Shown piece by piece: positions 25,248-35,211 of a stretch of DNA of 35,867 nt. Origin of the DNA: Catajapyx aquilonaris. Its lineage: Eukaryota. The position numbers and the translations under genes were made by a program. Under the pieces are notes generated by a model. That model saw only the letters and a list, made by a program, of their open reading frames with translations. It was not told the DNA's origin and did not search any database. The stretch lies in contig JYFJ02003977.1 in the NCBI GenBank assembly GCA_000934665.2, positions 1-35,867 on the forward strand, in the 5' to 3' direction. Positions within the stretch are counted from its first letter, which is position 1. Each line of letters opens with the position of its first letter.

Positions 25248-28200
25248 CAACAACAACAACAACCACAATGCAATTTGGAAGTGTCACATAAAAGCAACAA
25301 CTCATGATGTTTTGACTAATTGTATCCTAATGAAATATTCCGGTTCCATTACGTAATGTGAAGCTTCAAGGTGGCAGGCCATATGTTTGTCTTATCAGGG
25401 TCCATTGAACTGGAATACGCCGCGTAGGAAGTACCTTGATTTCTTGTCATGTAATGACAGTACGCACTTGAGTTTGTACGGTGGAGTACACATATTATTA
25501 TAAACAAGCGTAGTGAGTGGGTTGAAGTGGTAAGGAAGCTTCCTCGGCCCCAGGCCTCGATTTTAACCCTCCCACTCCTTTATCGCTGAGAATATAACGG
25601 AAATAGTGTAACGGGGCTTTTCCTCCCCTATTACGGATTCTCTCTGTCTCCCTTCCTTTGCATTACATCCCGGCTTCAATTCCTGTCCTGCCCAGATTTT
25701 TTATTATTATTTTTTTACCCTTCTTCTACCGATCACTTACGAAAATAGTCACGATCTTGCTCTTTCCCTTTTTCCCACGTTTTCATGAATTACGTAAATC
25801 ACGATTGGCTGTCCAAATTGTTTACACTGTTACAATTGGTTTCGCCTATTTCCTACGGGCTTGATACGGGACGTAGACCTGATTTCAGGTCTATGTTTAG
25901 CTTTTGGTTTTCCATATTTTAAATAACACTTTCCATCGTAAAATTACGTGGCATATTAGCCTACAGTCTAGTAGAACCGGATTTTGAGGACAGTGGGTAA
26001 ATTCGGGACGGTTTCGTGAATTTGGAATTGTCATTGTCGCTTCGTCTTTTTTTTATGATGGAAGACAAAAGAGGATGTTCCCTTTCCTGTCCTGTGACTA
26101 ATTTGGTGGTCCTTTCACCAACGTTTATTTCGTTGGAGACTATAAAACGTACATACTGCAGTCGCGAAAGCGTAGCGCCTCATCCAAATTATCCTAATGA
26201 TATCGACCACAAATCCTCAAAAGGTCAAGAACCTCTAAATGAACTAATCGTAAGGAAGCAGCACAACCTGTCACCGGTGTCTTACTTGTGTAATGAAACA
26301 GTGGTTATTACCTGGCTGGCGTTATCCGGTGTCACTCATGAGGTTTGAAGGTTGTCACCAAAAGCTCCGTCCCGAAAACAGTGTTGTCTGTGTGGTATCT
26401 AGCATCCGACTGAAGACCGGTGCGGTCTCTTCTGGTACAGCTCAGGTGCCTTCAGGTAGGAAAAAAGGGGGTGGAGGTGGGGCAGAACGCCTGCTGCTGG
26501 TGCTGGCGGGGGAGGGTGGATTGTATGTAGTGGGAGGTTGTGGGGTCTCACCTGAGGCGAAAGGGAAAGGAGGCTTGAAAAGAAGGACGTACATTCCTGC
26601 TCCACTGTGTGTCCACTCCTCTTCCTACAAACCACAGCTGGAGGAGGCGGACATTCAAATACAACATGAGCATTAAAAAAAATGTGATTTATCTTTGACA
26701 TATGAAGCGCGAAAATATTCGCAGCCAGGTGTGATACAGACAGCGACATTGTGAAGATTTTGTACTTGCAAATTGTTGAGGTGGGCGTAGTTGCAAATTG
26801 TTGTAATATGGGCGAAAAAAAATATTTCGGATTTTGAATGAGTAGGGAGGGATGAAAATTAATGTGGGAGATAACATGCATGGGTTTGATTGGGGATAAT
26901 TATTCAAATGAAATTCTTGATAGAATTGTCCCCGCGAGCTGTTGGGAATTGAACACTGATTAATATTAGTTGTTGGTCAAGGTTGCAGAATATTTAAGTT
27001 GTCAAGGAGGTTCTTGTATGTAAGAGATGCAACACTTCCGTTTCGTTACTCCCCAAGTCTATTGTAGGCTACATTGTTTTACACATGAGAGATGATATGG
27101 ATCTGGATATCTCAGTCGATGGTAAAAAATGGCAGACTATCTGGATCATCCATGTAGGCTGCGTGTATACTGTATATGAGCATGTGTGTGATACACAGGG
27201 TGATGCCTTACGGAGTATGCGTGACCAGGAAATTAGCACATAACCTGTTACTCATATGTAACCGCATATAGTACCAGTGGCCCTACCCCAACACTAAACG
27301 TATTGAGTGCAACTGCAATTTTAATCAAACTGCTAATGCAAGTTCGCATTTAAACCATCTGTAACATTTTAACGATTACTTCAGGTGTCGAAGTCGTTCA
27401 AAGTAATGCTGCGGGAAGTATGATTCAAATTTCCTGGTGACTATAATATCGACAACCAGAATTTCAGGCAGAAACGAGTGATATTGCTCCTTTTCCCTGG
27501 TCTAACCAGCAGGCCCACCTTCAAAGAGAAATTTGAGTCTCATCCTTTGTGTCATCCTCTTGTGTTTCCCAATTCTTTAAACTTTGATTTGTTGTGGGAA
27601 TGATAGCTTAGGAACCCGTGAGACCACGTAAAACTCATTATAATAATCCATCATGAGCCTGAATATACATCCATCTTCATATAAGCTGTAGTAAGACTTT
27701 CTCTGTACGTCTTGCAGTATGAAGATGGAAGTGTGTGCACGTGTGACGAACTTACAGATATGCATTGGACATCATTAATATTACTGTATTACAGGAAAAA
27801 GGGGGCTTGATTCATCGGCGGGAGATGTTTAATACGTTTCGCAATATTAATTGCTTATTCTTACACGCATTAACCTGCGCTATTACCGCCTGAAGTAAGT
27901 GAAACTCACTAGCTGGTAAAACTGTTACTGTGTCAGTAGGCCTATTCGATGCCAAAGGCTCCTTAGGATGGGGGCATCCTTGAAACTGGAAGGATGGGAT
28001 TTGGGGTCCCTGTATGGCTCACGGTTTCATTGCCTGCTGATGTGCTTTCCTCGACTCAACATTTGGTCAGACAAGTAAATGGGAATGAAGATTAGGAATG
28101 AGAAATTTCATCAGAATCCTCTCTCGGAGTTGTGGGTACGGCCAGCAAACACAGGAAGAAATATAGTATTTTGTTCTCTGCTCAAAATAATTTCTGATTC

Positions 28201-31200
28201 GCGTTTTAAGTTCAAAAATCGTAATATGTGTACTGTGTTGTGAACGTGTAAACCATAATTGTGACAGCACATGAAAGGAATTTTCTTAACGTTCATTGGA
28301 AGGCTCGTGGCTTATCAATAGATCACCTTTTAGCTGGCATAGTGTGTATGCGCTGTTGTTGTTTACTTGCATTCTGATCCCATGCACTCATTATGCAAAA
28401 ATGAAGTTTGATCAGTATTGGCTGGGTGCAAATTGGCTAAGGACTGGATTTCCTTGCCCTAATGACCCCTAGATAAACCACACCCTCTTCCATTCCAATG
28501 CACAGCAAATCCTGCCCCTGGTCCATGCCTTGAGGCAAAAATACCCACCTCGTACTCCCAATTGCCGACTCTCATAAGAAAGTGAAAGCGTCTATTTGAG
28601 CAATCAACTTGGTTGGCCACTTTGGTCAAACGGATTAATATACTCGGTTATACGGATCGGATAGGATTCCCACACAGCTTAGAACATGACAATGTCTTAC
28701 AAACCTCAGGTTTATATTGGAGACTTTCGCGCTGGGACACACTACGCCTGCAAACTGCCGTTTTGTATAGTTTTGTGTCATTTTTTTGCATATTGTTTTC
28801 AGAGGATTTGTGTTTCACTTGTATGTTTCGGAATTGCTTATTGTACTGTGCATCTGAAGTTAATATTTCGCACCTCGTACAGATATGCTACGTGTTTTTT
28901 TTTCTTTCTTTCACAAATCCTATTGTTGTATTGAAGACATCGATAAGGTGCTGATTGAATGGCACAGCAGGGTTTAGGGAGCTTTTATTGTGGGGCCTTC
29001 AGCTTGACAGGTCGCCTTTTGAGACGCCATATGACCAACAAGTTACATGAAGTACTGTAATACAAGTGTTGTTGTCCGGTTTGTTGTGGGCCATCCTGTA
29101 ATGCGTGAAGTTTAGCGGAATTTCACCAGCCTTTTGAAGATTCCAACGATATAGGGTTCCATCCAGCTCGGAAAAAGAAACGATGGTCGCATTTCTCACA
29201 CCCTCCTGGTGTTCGTGCTCCGTTAATTAAATGGCTTGGATGGAAACAAGCGTGCGTGTAGGAAGAATGGGCTACACACCACCACCAAGCCCTCTTCTCT
29301 AACCGTCTCACACACACCCCACACACGACCAGATGATATTGTCTTCTTAATGGTCTCCCGTGAAGTAATCAAGGCTGCATTCTGTCCATTGAGTGTTGCA
29401 ACAACCAGTAAATCTTGGCAACTTGTCCTGTGGTCGTTGCGCTGCGTTGCCCTGTGGTTTGGAGCAATTTTGTAGCATCATGCGAGGCACAATGGACTTG
29501 AACGCACGAATTAGGCGGAATTTCACGGAGACTTCAACTCACGGGTACGAAAGGATCGCGTCATTACGTTGCTACGATAATATCTCGGTCGTCAGTTGAG
29601 TGCCTTGAGTTGGGTCTCATAAAATGACGCTTGAGATGGTTTTGTGAGACCTTAGGTGCCGGGTTTGGGGCTGCTCATCCTAGATTTTGTGGTATAGTAA
29701 CCGTGGGATCGACCTCATTTCAGCGATAAAGTCCAGTATTTTGAAACATTGTGATGTAATCTTTGTGGGCTGTGCTTCTACAGTATTAGCGTCAATAATT
29801 TTATAATGAATATGCATATTCATTGATGTAGAAATGACGGAGAATGGGGAAGACTTTCTGGGCTTACGATTTATAAGTTATGAGTTGGTTTAATTAATTG
29901 CATGCTGCTGCACCTCATTTAATGAAACTACTTGAGTCGGCCTACAATTACAGCAGAACCGCCAGCAATTTAGGGAAAACTTTTCTACCAGAGGCCATTG
30001 GATGGAGCCAATCATGCAATCGGTTTTTGCGCTTATCTCAAGTCGTGCGTCTCGCGTTTATTTATTTATATAATAAGGAAGGTAAGAAAAAAATCGCGGA
30101 AAGGTAGGTTAGGAAGAGAGATTGTGAGTTAAGTGTCGACCTCTTTTCCTTAACGCCGCTGTGATGATGGGAACAAGCGAAGGGGAAAGTCATCTTCCGA
30201 TGAGATTAGACTATTGTACAGAGCACAACTAGAGAAACAAATAAGCAGCTGCTTCTTGACTTGTGGAAGACGCCATGCGGAAGACACTGGTAAAGAGGAG
30301 GAAAGGAAGGAAAGAAATGTTAAGGCGGAAGGTTGGAATGGTTAGTTTCCCAGGATGGTTTGTTTAACTCGTGATTTATGAGCCGTACTACCTGGCGGAC
30401 ACATTTGGGCTCATGACAGGGAGAGAAGAAGAAGAATTCAGACATTGTCACTGGCCAGGTCGACACGTCTTTGTCTTTGGTGAAAGCTGTGGAAAACTCA
30501 ATTATAAAATGTGTCAGCCATGACTTGTGGTACATGCAGTAAATGGGCTAATTTTGTTCAATGTGTGTTCGGGTGCTCTTTTTTTTGTCACAAATGTAAT
30601 CGTTTTCTCTATTTCTTTCTAGGTTAGAGCCAGGTTCGCCCAATCTTGGAACATGTCTGCTCAACCAGAAACTGCAGGTAAATGTCTGTTCATATGTAAT
30701 CATAAGGCTCGTTAATTTTAGCTTGGGATTGGTTGTGAATTAAATGCTAATTGGGTGATTACAGATGTTGAACTGTTGCATTGAGAAGCGTCGCCAGCGT
30801 GAACAAGCTGTGAGAGCAACATCAGATGGTGCAGAATCTTCTAATGGTATGAAAATGAACAATTCTTTTGTAGTACTTATTAACTATTGTTGCAACATAT
30901 CTCATGAATGCAGAATCAGTATAATGGTTATTGGCTTAGTGAAATGGAATAAACGGATATTACATGTTGTTGCTAGCAATGTTTTTAGAAGTTGTAGTTG
31001 GGAAGATAATCTGCCCATAGCATCATCTGTGCAATATACAGGATGCAATGGACAGTTAATTAGGAAATACTTAATTGTTGACACATGTTTTCTGAGTAGA
31101 TTAAAACGATCAGAAAAATATAAATTATTACTGTACTTCAAAAACTGATAACCTTATTCAACTGCCATTATAATAATATTTTCATTACTTTTTAAATTTT

Positions 31201-33383
31201 CAGATAAGTCTGATACTTCTAGTGATGAATTTTATGAATGTACATCTGATCCGGAGGAATCTGAGGAACTGGGAGTGTCTTCGTCAGTAGCTGCAGCTGC
31301 ATCAGCAACATCACCACCTCCATCAGCAAGACAATTACGGCGTCGCTCCACCCTTTCCTTGTGGAACCGACCAATTGGACGCCTCAGAAAATGTGGGAAC
31401 CTCCGGTTGTTGGAAGCAGATGATGCACTCTACATTCCAGTAACACAGGTAACTGAAATTATGTGTCTTTGTCCATTTGACTTTCTGGCATTGCTGTGCT
31501 AATTCTATACCATGAAACCTCGATTAATCACTTCCACAATTAACAATAACTACTATACTACTACTATTGCACATCCACAAAATGATGACGAGGAGGATGA
31601 TGAAGCAGGCCTGTGGCCACTTCCAGGAGCTGCCTTTTAAATGCCTGGTTTTAGTATGTATGGCCTTGTTGGTAACAGAGTTTGAGGGTGAAAGGAAATG
31701 GATGAACATAAGAAATCTCTTTGCCATAGAAGGAACCTGTTGAAACAATTGCTACCTGAGAAGATTCATCGCCTAAGCTCTAAGCTGAGGTTTGCACCCA
31801 TTATTGTCACATTATTAAGCATATATTTTTGCACAGGTAACCCATAGGTGCATTCTAAATTATTTTTCTGTTGATCTTTGGTTAAAAGGAAGCACCATTT
31901 CAGGTCCTTCATTGTTATGGATTTTCCGATTATGCCTTCAGGAATGGCCCACTTGGGACTTTTGGTACCAGAAGCCAGTGGTAGAATTTTTTTTCTTCTG
32001 CAGGCTATATCTGCTCATGCAGCAGTTAAAAGCATGTCCATTCAATTTAATCAAAGCAGCTGGTAGTTATAAAACACGCACCTGAGAGTAACTGTTCGAA
32101 AGTAACTGCTTGACAATAAGCAGTTTAGGCCCCACAAAAATTGATAAGAAATACAGACACTTCAGATGGGGCACACTGTGTAGCAGGATATGTTGTAGTT
32201 AGTTTCTCTTACTCTTATTTAACATTCACAGGAGCCAGCTCCCATGACTGAGGACCAGCTGGAAGAACTGGCGGAAGTTCTTGTTCGACTAGGAACTGAT
32301 GGACAGGGGTCTGAACTCCGAGCCCGCATGATGTCTGCCTCCCTCTTATCAGACATGGAAGCTTTCAAAGCTGCAAACCCAAGGAGTACACTTGAAGACT
32401 TTGTCAGATGGTACAGCCCAAGGGATTGGATTGAAGATGATTCATGCAAGGAAGAGACTTCAAAAGATGACACTGTAAAAGAAGGTAATGTACACATTAT
32501 GAACACACATGATGAAATGGCAAAAGGCGATTCCAAGGATGAATCCAGTGATGAAACTGTGAAAGAATTTTCCAAGGATGATGCAAAGGGAGACACCTCA
32601 GCAGAAGTAGCCTCAAAATGTGATATGGCCAAGGATGGGGTCACTACTGGCTCCTCCTCTTGCAAAGGAATGCTGAGCAGTCGTATGCAAATCCCAGGGA
32701 ACATGTGGCGTGAGGTCTGGGATTCTGCAAAGCCAGTTCCAGCAAAGCGCCAGAAGCGGCTATTTGATGACACAAAAGAAGCAGAAAAAGTTCTGCACTT
32801 CTTGGCCGTCAAGCACTTGCGTGATGTTGGCTTTCTGGCTCTTCCAGCACTTGTCACTGCTTCCATTTGGCGCCTCATTCCAGAAACCCAATCAGTGAAG
32901 TCCCTAAAAAGTGTGTCAAAGCTATTGGCAGCAATATTGATTGGTACAACCAAAGCAACACGCATGGTACGACGTGACACACAGCAGTATGAAGAAGTGT
33001 GTCGGGATGTGGCACAGTTGGAAGCCATGGTGGCACAAGCTGGCTCCTTGAAGTCAAAGCTGGTACCAGACGAATCTGACTTGGCAACAGTTCTGAGTCT
33101 CCTTGAGGAACCTGAAGTTGAAATTCCAGGTGGAAGCAGAGGTAAGCTTGGAAAAGCAGTGGCTGCCATCTTTTCCGAGTCAGAGCGGTCTAAGTCAGAT
33201 GACCTACAGGATGGTGCCACCACCACTTTTCCTGCACCCTTAGGGAAGGAGTTTATTCTTAGGTCAATGGCAACCAGACCAGCTCCATATTCAACTCCAA
33301 CTCCACAGAGACTTTTCTGCACTTTAACTCGTGATGAGTTCAGGTTGTGTGGCGCCTTTTCCCATGACATTACCTTTCAATGA
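10391..33383 (+). CDS. RAB3GAP1: Rab3 GTPase-activating protein catalytic subunit; join(10391..10773,10907..11160,11273..11582,11842..12208,12267..12335,12654..12826,30623..30677,30765..30846,31204..31448,32232..33383), 3090 nt, about 1029 aa
   Basis: Motifs DFTTASDWERFV, RWYGLR, YSDLDPLQAPKW, HLWQEVVLELRFRW, CLLNQKLQMLNCCIE, DEFYEC, LYIPVTQEPAPMTED, SLLSDMEAFKAANP, DFVRWYSPRD, RLFDDTKEAEKVL, RLCGAFS. All nine introns are GT-AG and keep frame. Confidence 0.95.
10907..11160 (+). CDS. RAB3GAP1: RAB3GAP1 coding exon 2
   Basis: Acceptor ctttag|G then WYGLRD...CNHLA; donor G|gtgagt. Confidence 0.92.
11273..11582 (+). CDS. RAB3GAP1: RAB3GAP1 coding exon 3
   Basis: Acceptor ctctaaag|GC; GLLDMFKCKL...DPLQAP; donor AA|gtacgt. 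Confidence 0.9.
11842..12208 (+). CDS. RAB3GAP1: RAB3GAP1 coding exon 4
   Basis: Acceptor ctgcacag|G; WSLRAQ...YLFPDAQEANP; donor gtaagt. Confidence 0.9.
12267..12335 (+). CDS. RAB3GAP1: RAB3GAP1 coding exon 5 (69 nt, absent from the ORF track)
   Basis: ttgcag|AAT...AAG|gtaaat; NHPYPEPLGTWNQPDDSIFAAYK; phase 0-0. Confidence 0.8.
12654..12826 (+). CDS. RAB3GAP1: RAB3GAP1 coding exon 6
   Basis: gatcag|GAA; LKSCPRDGLVWRL...RFRWDNSILVP; donor GG|gtgagt opens the 17.8-kb intron. Confidence 0.88.
14239..14555 (-). CDS. haf: Haf-like terminal exon (His-rich cytoplasmic tail)
   Basis: Phase-1 acceptor ctttccag|GT; poly-His tract; TAG at 14241-14239. Confidence 0.8.
14239..20609 (-). CDS. haf: Leucine-rich-repeat + FN3 single-pass transmembrane protein, Hattifattener-like; complement(join(14239..14555,[16565..16627],16731..17102,17167..17910,18026..18341,19637..19801,19860..20246,20304..20609)), about 868-889 aa; nested in a RAB3GAP1 intron
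   Basis: Signal peptide MWLVLVPLLLAMGAGA, Cys-rich N-cap (CPW..CLC..IQC), tandem LxxLxLxxN repeats, LRRCT (CDCRLRWL...NPQFCGFP...LTC), Pro/Thr stalk, FN3-like GFRVLYRLFGD...EREFKIRNVPSQECVVVCV, TM VTIAASAAICATVIVAVVIFIA, basic stop-transfer RRKSK, tail ending DNWTDHDLDIY...LIPL. The architecture is read directly; the haf assignment is from recalled similarity. Confidence 0.85.
15428..15679. mobile_element. MITE-like element with 29-bp terminal inverted repeats
   Basis: TCGGCCGGCGATCAAAACTTCGTAACTCC (15428-15456) matches the reverse complement of 15651-15679 at 27/29; AT-rich non-coding interior; no clear TSD. Confidence 0.75.
16565..16627 (-). CDS. Candidate 63-nt cassette exon of the Haf-like gene
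   Basis: Acceptor ctgttgtcgcag|GC, donor A|gtgagc, phase 1-1, stop-free (GSVASLWQEALLNKEAGYLRE). Confidence 0.45.
16731..17102 (-). CDS. haf: Haf-like cytoplasmic exon
   Basis: Acceptor ccatcag|GT, donor G|gtcagt; KDWDQLSVVSGRSIPRAKVY. Confidence 0.8.
17167..17910 (-). CDS. haf: Haf-like stalk/FN3/transmembrane exon
   Basis: Acceptor ttgtttcag|AA, donor G|gtacta (64-nt intron that restores the frame of the next exon). Confidence 0.85.
18026..18341 (-). CDS. haf: Haf-like last LRRs + LRRCT exon
   Basis: Acceptor ttgtcag|GTG, donor G|gtacgg; VLDIGFNLI...LNPK. Confidence 0.9.
19637..19801 (-). CDS. haf: Haf-like LRR exon (55 codons, absent from the ORF track)
   Basis: cctttag|GGG...AGG|gtgagt; GLHALTALNLERNLLQQLQPEAFQSVNDTLSSLSLLNNLLTEFPTSALSVLPELR. 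Confidence 0.9.
19860..20246 (-). CDS. haf: Haf-like LRR exon
   Basis: ctttgcag|AAA...CAG|gtaacc; KISSEAFVGLETSLRNLNLQQN...IPRDAFQ. Confidence 0.88.
20304..20609 (-). CDS. haf: Haf-like first coding exon (signal peptide, LRRNT)
   Basis: Acceptor tttcag 10 nt before ATG 20609, implying upstream non-coding exon(s); donor CAG|gtaggc. Confidence 0.85.
25180..25263. repeat. Compound microsatellite (AAT)21(AAC)7
   Basis: Read directly; explains the poly-Asn and poly-Ile ORFs. Confidence 0.95.
30623..30677 (+). CDS. RAB3GAP1: RAB3GAP1 coding exon 7 (55 nt, absent from the ORF track)
   Basis: Strong acceptor tttctttctag|G; LEPGSPNLGTCLLNQKLQ; donor gtaaat. Confidence 0.9.
30765..30846 (+). CDS. 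RAB3GAP1: RAB3GAP1 coding exon 8
   Basis: ttacag|ATG MLNCCIEKRR...; donor G|gtatga. Confidence 0.88.
31204..31448 (+). CDS. RAB3GAP1: RAB3GAP1 coding exon 9
   Basis: ttttcag|AT; SSDEFYEC...LYIPVTQ; donor gtaact. Confidence 0.9.
32232..33383 (+). CDS. RAB3GAP1: RAB3GAP1 terminal exon containing the GAP catalytic domain
   Basis: ttcacag|GAG EPAPMTED...; TGA at 33381-33383. Confidence 0.95.
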   Translation, partial: EPAPMTEDQLEELAEVLVRLGTDGQGSELRARMMSASLLSDMEAFKAANPRSTLEDFVRWYSPRDWIEDDSCKEETSKDDTVKEGNVHIMNTHDEMAKGDSKDESSDETVKEFSKDDAKGDTSAEVASKCDMAKDGVTTGSSSCKGMLSSRMQIPGNMWREVWDSAKPVPAKRQKRLFDDTKEAEKVLHFLAVKHLRDVGFLALPALVTASIWRLIPETQSVKSLKSVSKLLAAILIGTTKATRMVRRDTQQYEEVCRDVAQLEAMVAQAGSLKSKLVPDESDLATVLSLLEEPEVEIPGGSRGKLGKAVAAIFSESERSKSDDLQDGATTTFPAPLGKEFILRSMATRPAPYSTPTPQRLFCTLTRDEFRLCGAFSHDITFQ

Positions 33384-35102
33384 GAACCACTTGTAAGTGG
33401 CAATGTGAAGGCAAAACTAGTTCTGCTCACTTTTTTTTTTTTCATTCTGGTACTGGCATTATGCATGGTGCCAAAAGGAATACTGTATACAGTTACTGCT
33501 GGATGAAGAATCACACATAATGATGCGTTTCAGTGAAATTTGTGCCGATTATTATCAACTAAATGTCTGGTTGCTTCTTGATTTTTTGTGTTGACACTGG
33601 TCCAACCAGTGAGGTTTTGAACATGTGTTCATGACACTGTAATGAAAACTGGGAAAGATTTTTGAAGTCATTAACAGTGTGTTGGTACCAGTTACATTTG
33701 CACAATTTCACCATGGGGGATTAACGTATGAAGCCAATAATATTGCATTTGTTTGCTTGTTCTTGCGGGGAATTGTTGCTTATGCTGTGCCGAAATACTT
33801 GAAAATAACTCGTCTCTTGATGCAAGTCATCTGGAGTCTCTCTCTTGATACGTTGCATCTCACCTCTAATATGCTGTGTATGCATTTGTTTCACTTAATG
33901 CAACATCTGCAGTTTTAATGGACATGCCATCGGTCAAAAGTGATTATGAGTTTGAGCAGTGCAGATTCATGCAGTGTCTCAATTGTCAAGCTCGTCTGTG
34001 TGATATGTTGCAACACAGACTCCTCTCATTCAACCAGTTAAATGTGAAGTTTGTGTTAGTGTTGTTAGCACTGTTTGGTTGGTAACAAGCATCTAATCTA
34101 TGTACCATTGTGATAGGTTTTTCTATTTTCAACTTCATGAGGCAGCAGGCTTGAAATCCACCCATTGTTTTTGAAGCTATTACAAATTTACATTACAAAC
34201 TGGTGAACAAATGTAGTTATATTGCAGTATTTTTATGTGGAATCATTACACCTTCATTTGCTTAGAAATGCCTGTGCTTAATTGCAGTTGCTGTATCAGT
34301 TGATTACACGTCCAGCCTTGATTTAAATGATGCCATAGTCAAATCGCACAGGTTTGCAACCGTAATCAATTTATGCATGATAGCTGCTCAGGAAACAAGC
34401 TTAGCCAAAACTAGCATCTTACAATAGAAAACAAAGAAAATGAGAATGGAAATAGAGATGCAATATCATGCACAAAGAAGTGAAATCGTAGCTGCCAGGA
34501 GGTTTTCAAAGTGACCATAGTTCCTCCTGAAAGCCTATAAATACTGTAGGGAATTTGTAGATTAGTAACAAAATGTGGTTTAGTTACAAACTGCCTTAGT
34601 TTAGGAGAAAGGAATTGTAGGTCAGCTTGGGATCAGGAAGGCTGCTGAGAGTATTTTTTTGCGCAGGGAGTAGTAGCTGCTGGCTTTGTTAACAATGGTG
34701 CAGAAGAGTTTATTTAGGGAGTTGGGCACAGAACTGTTGAAAGTTGTTGGAAATAGTCAATCAGTCTTCCGGAGGTAGCGTCACTTTTTAGACAGCCCAA
34801 AATTCCAATATTGATGTCACCTGCCAGGTTGGGAATCACAGTAATAAAATATTGTTCGTTGATTAATCATGACTTTTTATTATTAAGTTACCTATAATAT
34901 TATTTATCTTCTCAAAGCCCTCACTGTAACCGTTACATGGGTTTATGCTACAGGAGGAGACAAACATGGTCCAGTCCACCCCAGTGCAACTCCTTTTTTT
35001 CACATAGGTTTCCCCCTCCGACCCCCGTGACTTTCGAGAGGCAAGGAGAGGCTTATCAGTAGTTAGGTAGGGTGCCGCATCACTTGAGTTTGTGGCGCTT
35101 AA

Positions 35103-35211
35103 GGGCTGAATCTTCGACGTATCGCGCAAACCTGTGGGTGTGGAAGGTGTGGTAACTCCCCGTTTGCGCGCCCCTCCCGCAGGTTTGCGCGGTACATCGA
35201 AGATTCAGCCC
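35103..35211. mobile_element. 109-bp hairpin MITE, PIF/Harbinger (Tourist)-like
   Basis: 36-bp arms 35103-35138 and 35176-35211 match 33/36; GGG...CCC termini flanked by TAA on both sides (35100-35102, 35212-35214). Confidence 0.75.

Noticed and set aside
24952..25356. Poly-Asn and poly-Ile ORFs
   Set aside because: Artefacts of the (AAT)n(AAC)n microsatellite.
26371..26428. GAAA...GTC...CTGAAGA resembling a hammerhead ribozyme core
   Set aside because: Stems I and II do not pair and stem III is out of register.
21000..30500. Numerous 60-160-aa ORFs and candidate 5' non-coding exons of the nested gene
   Set aside because: No recognisable domains; isolated splice-like signals (e.g. minus-strand GTAAGT at 21449-21444) cannot be assembled into exons without transcript data.
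31581..31760. ATGATGA...CTGA as a possible intronic C/D snoRNA
   Set aside because: Long spacing, no terminal stem, no recognisable guide sequence.
32219..33370. 383-aa ORF antisense to the RAB3GAP1 terminal exon
   Set aside because: Mirrors the sense exon almost exactly and has no recognisable motifs; best explained as a shadow ORF.
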